In this document: one piece after another, positions 55,032 to 64,000 of the stretch
How positions within the stretch are numbered: the stretch's first letter is position 1
Layout of the letters: every line of letters begins with the position of its first letter
Origin: Octopus vulgaris
Lineage: Eukaryota
NCBI GenBank assembly: GCA_951406725.2
Contig: OX597829.1
Span: 43,896,001-43,960,000 of the forward strand
Direction: 5' to 3'
Length of the DNA stretch: 64,000 bases
Notes under the pieces: generated by a model
Seen by the model: the letters and a program-made list of their open reading frames with translations, nothing else
Databases searched by the model: none
What the model was told of the DNA's origin: nothing
Translations under genes and position numbers: made by a program

Positions 55032-55664
55032 GAGCTGGCAGAATCGGTAGCACGACGGACGAAATGCTTAGCGGTATTTCGTCTGCGTTACGTTGTGAGT
55101 TCAAATTTCGCCGAGGTCGACTTTGCCTTTCATCCTTTCGGGGTCGATAAATTAAGTACCAGTTACGCACTGAGGTCGATCTAATCGATTTAATCCCTTT
55201 GTCTGTCCTTGTTTACCCCTCTATGTTTAGCCCCTTACTCTCTACTCTTTTACTCTTTTACTTGTTTCAGTCATTTGACTGCGGCCATGCTGGAGCACCG
55301 CCTTTAGTCGAGCAAATCAACCCCGGGACTTATTCTTTGCAAGCCCAGTACTTATTCTATCGGTTTCTTTTTGCCGAACCGCTAAGTGACGGGGATGTAA
55401 ACACACCAGCATCGGTTGTCAAGTAATGCTAGGGGGACAAACACACACACACACAAACACATATATATATATACATATATACGACAGGCTTCTTTCAGTT
55501 TCCGTCTACCAAATCCACTCACAAGGCATTGGTCGGCCCGGGGCTATAGCAGCAGACACTTGCCCAAGATGCCACGCAGTGGGACTGAACCCGGAAACAT
55601 GTGGTTGGTTAGCAAGCTATTACCACACAGCCACTCCTGCGCCTTGTGGGCAATAAAGAAATAA
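55032..55664. mobile_element. SINE family B (+) with a full family A copy (-; 55237-55643) in its tail
   Basis: B tail GCCCCTT|...|TTGTGGGCAATAAAG is split by the A copy. Confidence 0.85.
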
Positions 55665-56778
55665 GATTCAGGGGTTCAAAAAGAAGAAAATTCTACAAGT
55701 CCCATATTGATAGTTGATGGGACAATCATAAAAAAAAAATTTCATTTCTTAGACTGTATTTTCCCACCCTTGTTGAACTTCACTGGAATGATCCTAATAT
55801 CTCTATTTTTAAGGCAGTGCTCCAGCTTAACCACAGTACAATAATTTAAACAATAATTTAAAGAAATAATCAATAGAGTCCCATTGCTTTTAGGTTATTT
55901 AACAGTATGGAAAAAAATGATCCACTTTGCATTTCATATTATAAACCCACCCTTTTCCTACCTGCAATCGGTTCGTTTCCTTTCGTAATGCATTTCATTT
56001 CAGGGTGCCATTCGTAAAAAAACAATTATTATATTTTTTTCTCTCTCTACAAATCTTAAAGTTTATTGTGACTCCTTTTAATTGCGAAGGTCTTGAGGTT
56101 AGGAACCATAACAAATGTACGTCTTCAATATTAGTGTTTGTTTTCGTGAGAATGTACCTCATTAGCTACTTTATAATCCTTCTATGAGTGACTCTATCTT
56201 CCCTAATTGCTTTAGATATAATCACTGAATTATATATAGATTAATTTATTCTAGTTAATTTATCTTTTCTTTACCATTTCCTTTTTTTTTCTCTTCATTT
56301 TCGTTCAACTCATGAATCCTCTGAAAGTGGTTATTATAATTCTGATTTTGTTAATAATGCCCATAAAGCAGGTATTTTTTTTTTCGTGGGGGGTTGGGGG
56401 GAACAGTCATAAAAATCATATAACTTCCTTATATATTACGTAATCTTGTTTAATTGTAAAGCTCTTTGTTAAATGGATTTTAAGCTGAGCTATGTAAATG
56501 CGAGAATATCTCTAGATGTTTCGTTTCAAAGAAGTATCCTAAAGTAAACTCACTTCTTTCTGCAGACTCAGTTAACCACTCATTTCCGATTCCAAATTAA
56601 AACCATTTTATTTCAGTTATATCTCTACATACTTTAAAGACATGAAAAAAAAAAAAAAGATCGAACGACAATTCAAAAGTCAAAAGCATTGCTCATTTTC
56701 TTATTTCTTTGTTCTATATATCTTAGATTATAGGAATAAACCATTTACATTAAACACTGAGAACTTATAAAGGATCCA

Positions 56779-57693
56779 TTGCTCTCTCTCTCTCTTTCTC
56801 TTATTCTTTCTCTCTCTCTTACTCCCCTCTCTTGCTCTCTCTCTCTTTTGCTCTCTCTCTCTTGCTCTCCCTCTTGCTCTCCTTCTTGCTCTCTCTCTCT
56901 TGCTCTCTTCCTGTCTTGCATTCTCACTGGCTTTCACTCTTTCTCTCACTCACGCACTCTCTCTCGTGTTCACTCTCTTGCTCTCTCTTGCTCTTCCTCT
57001 TTTGCTCTTCCTCTTTTGCTCCCTCTCCCTTGCTCTCCCTCTTGATCTCTCTCTTGCCATCTCTCTCTTGCTCTTTCTTGCTCTCGCTCTCTCTTGCACT
57101 CGCTCTCTCTTGCACTCGCTCTCTCTTGCACTCGCTCTCTCTTGCTCTCCCTCTTGATCTCTCAAATGCTCTCTCTCATGCCCTCTCTCTCTTGCTCTCT
57201 CTCATGCCCTCTCTTATTTGCTCTCTCTCTTGCTCTTTCTCTCATGCTCTCTCTCATGCCCCCTCTCATTTTCTCTCTCTCTCTCTCTTGCTCTCTCTCT
57301 CTCTCTCTTACGCTCGTTCTCTATTACGCTCTTTCTCTCTTGCACTCTCTCAATTATTCTCTCCTGGCTCTGTCTCTCTTACTCTCTCTCTCTCTCACTT
57401 GATCTCTCTTTTGCTCTGTCTTTCTCTTGCTCTCTTTTTCTCTTGCTCTATCTTTCTCTTGCTCTCTCTTTCCCTTACTCTCTCTTTCCCTTACTCTCTC
57501 TTTCTCTTGCTCTCTCTTTCTCTTGCTCTCTCTTTCTCTTTCTCTCTCTTTCACTTGCTCTCTCTTTCACTTGCTCTCTCTTTCTCTTGCTCTCTCTTTC
57601 CCTTGCTCTCTCTTTCCCTTGCTCTCCTTTTCCCGTGCTCTCCTTTTCTCTTGCTCTCTCTCTCTTGCTCACTCTCGCTCCCCCTTTCTCTCT
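56779..57693. repeat. Pyrimidine-rich (CT)n/TTGCTCTC degenerate tract
   Basis: direct reading. Confidence 0.9.
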
Positions 57694-58509
57694 CATCGGT
57701 GACACCATTTTCTCTCCAAACACCTAAAACAAAAATAATAAAATAAAATAAATGTAAAACACAGGATTCAAATAGAATATCACAAACGTTTGTCTCTCCT
57801 TCACTGTCTAAAAGCAGATTTGGGCAGTTTACTTCTACAGACTATCATAAACAAGTTATAAGCTGATAAAAGCAACTTAGTGTCAAATTGTCTTTTTTTA
57901 TTAAAAAAATACATACAAAAAAATGACGCCATGTTGTCAAATGATGTCGTCTTGTCCCCCAAACCATACACCCTAATACACAAAATCAAAATTATAAGTT
58001 CTGTTTATTTTTTTTTTTTTCAATTCTCATCCGATCCTTCTCAATACTAATATTGTCTTCAACACCCCCCCCCCACCCTCAACCCCATTTTGTATCTATC
58101 TTTCTTTTCATAATGTTCATTTTCTTCGTTTCTTTCTCTCTGATTTTCTTTCTTCCGTTCTTTCTTCTAATATTCCTTTCTTTTTCTGTTATATTCAAAA
58201 ATACAGTTCCCCCCTCTCTCTCTCTCTCTCTCTCACGCTCGCTCTCTGTCTGTTTGTCTGTCTGTCTGTCTCTGTCCCTATCTCTATCTGTCTCTCTGTC
58301 TTTGTCTCTGTCTTTCTGTCTCTGTTTCTCTGTCTCTGTCTCTGTCTCTGTCTGTATGTCTTTCTCTCTTCTCTCTCTCTCCTTTCTCTCCTTTTTCTCT
58401 CTCTCTTTTTCTCTCTCTCGTTCTCTCTCTTTTTCTCTCTCTTTCTCTCTCTTTTCTCTCTCTCTCTTTCTCTCTCTCTCACTCATTCCCTCTGTGACAA
58501 ATTGCAACA

Positions 58510-60414
58510 CTGCTACGAGGTTGGCACTTGTCGTCAGTGATCTGTTGGGGGCAGCGCAGACATCCGCCAATCCAAATAGATATATCCACGACAACCACCA
58601 CCTCATCGATACATTATAAAGAAAGTGACAAAAGAATTTGGCACGGTGGGGTCCAGATCAGTTTAGAGCAATCTGAAGTTTTCGATTGAGTCGACCATCT
58701 GTACTTGGCGCCGGTCCTCAAGGTAGCTGGTTTAGGACCTGTATTCAGGGGCTGGATTGCTGACATACACACCCCCATCTGTTCAGTGATCAGAGTGAAC
58801 GGTCACCACTCAGAACTGTTCAACATCATGCTCTGTCCGCCAAGATGATTCACTCCCTCTCGTCCCTGTTGTACATACTGACATTTGAGCCACTGCTACA
58901 CAACCTAGAGCCATTGAGAGGCATTCCGTGCGACCTAGGATATGGAAGATGCGTGTCGGCATTTGCCGACGACATCACCGTAGTATTATCGGAAAATAGG
59001 CATATCGAAATGATCACTACTGCTCTCTAGGACTACGAGGTCGTACAAGGAGCGAATATTAACCTGGAAAAGTCTGTGGACTTGCAGTTCGGCTCCTGGA
59101 AAAGCAAGTCAATGCCATCCAATTGTGTCACCGGGCGCTAGACGGACGTACTAGTTAAATTGCTTGGGATCTGTTTTGGTATGGTCCCCAGATCGACAAA
59201 AATTGGGACGAGGTAAAGAACAGGGTGACTACTCTCACCCAGAAATGGGCCGAGTGGAAGCCATCCCCGGAAGATCGAGCTGAGGTGGCAAACTTGTACA
59301 TTGCGTCCGCCATCTACTACCGTTTGACCGACGTGCTTTTCCCCGGCCACCGTCTAATTACGTTGGAACTTATAATCTTTTGCATCTTGTGGAAGGGACG
59401 CGTCTCGATGGTTAGGCTGTCTATCTGCTGTCATCACTCACCTCGTGGTACCTGGGTATTCCATGGATGATGACGCACAGACATGCGCTGAGGCTACGAC
59501 ATCTCCACTGCTTGCTTGACCTTAAATAGGTATGGTCGCCGTTCGCTAGTCACGAATTTCCCCAGCTGATCTCGTTAGTGGAGCTACAGTCCTGCGTCAG
59601 ACGGAGACCAGGAGAAGGCATTTGGAAAGAGGAGTGTCTTCAAGCGCTCATATTCCTCATCCAGTCAGACATTGCGATAGGTGGGACGTCCACTTTAGCT
59701 TCCTATAGAGGATAAGTGGAGGGAATGTGCGACGTTCTTGGAGAGGACTTAAGCGTCGTAGAAAATCAGATAGCCGCTCTTTTCCGGAGAGATTTCGGCC
59801 CTGGATCCATGGATAACTTCCAAAAATCTCTGACCTGGCAGTGCTACCAAGGAGCTTTACCTGTTCGAGATAAACTATACAGGTTCGGAAGTACCGTCAG
59901 CTGAGCATGTCCAAGATGCACGCTGGACGACGGAACTGTCCCGTATGCACTCGTCCTGTGCCCGAGCATTGCTTATCTGTGAGTTTATGTCGAACACCGG
60001 CTATCGCGTGTGGAATGGATCCGGCTGTCAACTGAATCCCCCGTGAAGATCACTCCGCTGTCTTCCTTTAACCGGGAAGGGCAGGCTCGCTTTATATGTC
60101 TAGTGGACATGGCAAAAGAGATTGCATGGTGGACGAAACTAAAAGCGCTGAAAACAAGCACTTTTCGGTTTGGCTAACCCCTCATCAAATAAGGGTAGAG
60201 AGGTAAGTGTTGCCTTCTAGTCAGTTTGCTGGTAGGTAGACGAGAGTGATAAAGCGGTGCGAGTGAACGGGCCTGTCCTGAACATACGCTTGTAATTAGA
60301 GAAGAGGAAATGAGAAAAGGCACCTGTCCCAGAAGTCAGGACACACATGGTTTTATGGGGTTTTTCCATGAGTAACCCTTGAATGTATCCTCGCTATTGC
60401 TAATTATGACCTGA
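58510..60414 (+). mobile_element. Decayed Tx1/L1-clade LINE (RT to C-terminal Zn knuckle), 5' truncated
   Basis: ATRLALVVSDLLGAAQT..RYIHDN, FD*VDHLYL, IRVNG, LSSLLYILTFEPLL, SAFADDITV, INLEKS, GALPVRDKL, CPRC..; many stops; followed by a trinucleotide tail. Confidence 0.85.
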
Positions 60415-60439
60415 ATAATAATGATGATGATGATGATGT

Positions 60440-60613
<174 letters not shown>

Positions 60614-61056
60614 GGATCTTTTCGGTTTGAACTGCAGTTTTTTAAAATAATTTCCACGTAACTAAACACTTTTAAACTTCGTATACTGGTAGAGTGTGTT
60701 TATAAAACATCTTTTTCTCTTGGCTTTATTGAGAAAATTCTATAGTTTGTAAGATATTTGTTGTTTTCTTTCTTCAATTTCTGCAATTTCAACCAATCAA
60801 TGACGTCTATTGAGGTGAAAATATTCTGTGCCGTATGAATATGTCTCTCGTTTAAGAAACAGATTGGGTATATTTACATTTCTGAAGAAAAAAAGATACC
60901 ATTCTCCCACTTCTACCCCTAACCCTAACCCTAACCCTAACTAACCCTAACCCTAAAACAGATTGAAATGCAATAGATCTATACTAGGGTCATAATTATG
61001 GGTGACAATTTCATGTGACACCGCTAGAAAAACTGCCGTTCAACCCGAAAAGGTCC
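60614..61056 (+). mobile_element. Merlin-like MITE monomer in (AAT)n with internal (CCCTAA)n
   Basis: TIRs GGATCTTTTCGGTTTGAACTGCAGTTTTT / AAAAACTGCCGTTCAACCCGAAAAGGTCC; superfamily inferred from GG ends and the 8-bp TSD of the sister copy. Confidence 0.8.
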
Positions 61057-61103
<47 letters not shown>

Positions 61104-61119
61104 CAACAATAACAATAAC

Positions 61120-61166
<47 letters not shown>

Positions 61167-61961
61167 TAATAATGATAATAATAATACTTTTCCCCCATTA
61201 TGCTAAGCTTGTTTAAACACAAACCCCTCCCCTCCAACAACACACGCACTCACACACATACACATACACACATTCTTCGTGAAGACGCAGCAAGCTGGAG
61301 CTTCGTAAGTTTGAAGAGTTTCATCAATCTTTTCGGCGAGTTTAAAGCCCATTCAGTCAATTATTTTATTAGATCTATTTTCTTAAAATTATCTGGATGT
61401 CGGTGGCAACATTTCTCTTGTGATTCCACCCTCTTTTCGGAGAGGTGTAACCCAGTAGTATTTTATATTTGTGTGGAAAAAAAAACAAAGAACAATTCGT
61501 ATATTTTTTTTATTTAAAAGGGGAAAAATATTGTCTGAACACGGCAAAATATTTTGACGGTGAACAGCGTTCTGTCGACCCAGTTTTCACTACGAAAGTA
61601 GCCGTGTCTGGAGTTAAAAAATTAATTTATCGACATAAAGAAATGCAATTTCGTCTTGTTGCTATGACAGCAAAACTAACTGCAAAGATACATGTAGCAG
61701 TTAGCAGCAACAACATCATCATCATCAACAACAACAATAGCATTAACAGCAATGTGTACAGCAGCGACAGCAGCAGCAGCACAAAAAAACCAAAAAAAAC
61801 CGAAGCAATCATAACAGCGACAGTTTTCGCTACGAGACCAACGACATCAACAAGAACACGAACAACCCAGCATCGAAAAAAATAATACAGTTATCAATAA
61901 TAACTGTTGTAATAACAAAACCTGTGTGGAAAATAACAGCAACAGCAACAACAGCAGCAGT

Positions 61962-62150
61962 GGAGGTGCAATGGCCCAGTGGTTAGGGCAGCGGATTCGC
62001 GGTCGTAAGAACGCGATTTCGATTCCCAGACCGGGCAATGTGAGTGTTTATTGAGCAAAAACACCTAAGCTCCATGAGGCTCCCACCAGGGGTGGTGGTG
62101 AACCTCGCTGTACTCTTTCACCACAGCTTTTTCTCACTCTTTCTTCCTAT
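61962..62150 (+). mobile_element. SINE family C, 3' truncated
   Basis: matches the reverse complement of 54400-54596. Confidence 0.8.
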
Positions 62151-62253
62151 TTCTGCCACAAAGCAGAGGAACAATGGTGTAACCCACTATGGTGTGGTAA
62201 ACTTTCAGACCTTAGTCTAGATTGCGAATCCTCTGTACTCCAGGATGGTTCAG

Positions 62254-63046
62254 GGATCTTTTCCTTTTGAACGGCAGTTTTCAACACAATTTCTAGGTAA
62301 CTAAACACTTTTAAACTTCGTATACTGGTAGAATGTGTTTATAAAACATCATTTTTTCTTGGATTTATTGAGAAAATCCTATAGTTTGTAAGATATTTCC
62401 ACTTTAAAATCGAGCATTTCGGCAATTTTAACCAATCGCTGGAGTCCATTTGGGGTGAAAATATTCCGTGCTGTATGAATACGTCCCTCCTTTAAGAAAC
62501 AGATTGGATTTATTTACATTTGCGAAGAAAAAAAGATACCCTTCTCCCACCCCTAACCCTAACCTCACACCTAACCTTAACCCTAACCCTGAAACAGATT
62601 GAAATGCAATAGATCGCTACTAGGGTTATTATTATGGGTGACATTTTCATTTGACACCGCTAGAAAAAATCCCATTTTCCGTAGCGGTGTCGTATGAAAT
62701 TGTCACCCATAATTATAACCCTAGTATCGATCTATTGCATTTCATTCTGTTTTAGGGTTAGGGTTAGTTAGAGTTAAGGGTGGGGGAAGGGTATCTTTTT
62801 TTCTTCGCAAATGTAAATAAACCCAATCGGTTTCTTAAAGGAGGGACATATTCATACAGCACGGAATGTTTTCACCCCAAATAGACTCCAGCGATTGGTT
62901 AAAATTGCCGAAATGCTCGATTTTAAAGTGGAAATATCTTACAAACTATAGAATTTTCTAAACACATTCTACCAGTATACAAAGTTTAAAAGTGTTTAGT
63001 TAACTAGAAATTGTGTTGACATATGCCGCTCAAAAGGAAAAGATCC
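62254..63046. mobile_element. Fold-back (tail-to-tail) dimer of the 60614-61056 MITE
   Basis: arms 62254-62669 and 62682-63046 inverted; perfect 8-bp TSD TGGTTCAG (62246-62253, 63047-63054). Confidence 0.9.
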
Positions 63047-63221
63047 TGGTTCAGCTCTCCACCCGTTAAAAGCCACCGTTTACGGAATGAGGATAACAAC
63101 GCGTCCGTGCAACCGTCAGACTATCGCGTGTGGTGGGTGGTTGCCGCACGTATTCTTAGTAGCTTAGAGTAGGCTCGAAATAGAAATCATTCTTTGTGGC
63201 TAATGGCGTGAGTCCTGATTG

Positions 63222-64000
63222 GAAGAAGAGGAAGAAAAAGGTGGAGGAGAAGAAGGAGGAGTAGAAGAAGAAGAAGAAGAAGAAGAAGAAGAAGAAGAAG
63301 AAGAAGAAGAAGAAAAAGTAGGTGAAGGAGAAGGAGAAGGAGAAGTAGAAGAAGAAGAAAAAGAAGAAGTAGGTGAAGAAGAAGAAGAAGGTGAAGGAGA
63401 AGAAGAAGAATAAGAAGAAGAAGAAGAAGAAATAGAAGGTGAAGGAGGAGAAGAAGAAGAAGAAGAAGAAGAAGAAGGAGGTGAGGAGAAGGAGAAGAAG
63501 AAGAAGAAGAAGAAGAAGAAGAAGAAGAAGGTGAAGGAGAAGAAGAAGAAGGTGAAGGAGATGAAGAAGAAGAAGAAGAAGAAATAGAAGGTGAAGGAGA
63601 AGAAGAAGAAGAAGAAGAAGAAGAAGAAGAAATAGAAGGTGAAGGAGAAGAAGAAGAAAAGACGAAGAAGAAGAAAAAGAAGAAGAAGAAGAAGAAGAAG
63701 AAGAAGAAGAAGAAGAAGAAGAAGAAGAAGAAGAAGAAGAAGAAGAAGAAGAAGAAGAAGAAGAAGAAGAAGAAGAAGAAGGTGAAGGAGAAGAAGAAGA
63801 AGGTGAAGGAGATGAAGAAGAAGAAGAAGAAGAAATAGAAGGTGAAGGAGAAGAAGAAGAAGAAGAAGAAGAAGAGGAAATAGAAGGTGAAGGAGAAGAA
63901 GAAGAAAAGACGAACAAGAAGAAAAAGAAGAAGAAGAAGAAGAAGAAGAAGAAGAAGAAGAAGAAGAAGAAGAAGAAGAAGAAGAAGAAGAAGAAGAAGA
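63222..64000. repeat. (GAA)n polypurine tract with periodic GGTGAAGGA / AAATAGAA variants
   Basis: direct reading; runs off the window end. Confidence 0.95.

Larger units (their letters stand above)
53937..55794. mobile_element. Non-autonomous TIR DNA transposon containing nested SINEs
   Basis: GGACCATTCCAATGAAATTCAACA versus reverse complement of 55771-55794 GGATCATTCCAGTGAAGTTCAACA (21/24); flanks caat / taat. Confidence 0.6.

Noticed and set aside
60917-60956. True telomere or chromosome-fusion scar
   Set aside because: A short tract internal to a TIR-bounded MITE.

Overview
This is AT-rich, microsatellite-saturated eukaryotic DNA, most likely intronic or intergenic. The tRNA-derived SINE families and repeat style suggest a coleoid cephalopod (Octopus-like genome); that is an inference, not a database match. 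I recognise no intact host protein-coding gene, and nearly all ORF-track entries are translated simple repeats. Supported content: many copies of four SINE families; decayed LINE fragments (RTE x2, R4/Dong-like, Tx1/L1-like); an internally deleted mariner; hAT-type and Merlin-like MITEs; two non-autonomous Helitrons; a tRNA-Gly(TCC) pseudogene; and several minisatellites. The main discovery is a set of type I hammerhead ribozyme (HHR) motifs. Two (40468-40528 and 26787-26834) lie in diverged copies of a ~350-nt structured unit whose hairpins show compensatory base changes, which resembles a non-LTR retrozyme (circular-RNA retroelement). One copy occurs as a circularly permuted ~1.4-mer (356-bp period) carried inside a Helitron. 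Four further minimal or degenerate HHRs lie in short Penelope-like remnants embedded in microsatellites. Other points of note: a 793-bp fold-back MITE dimer that moved as a unit, a ~900-bp palindrome, a SINE-tail minisatellite, a candidate 30-nt microexon, and recurrent YY1/Pho motifs in unique islands. No activity or expression can be shown from sequence alone.
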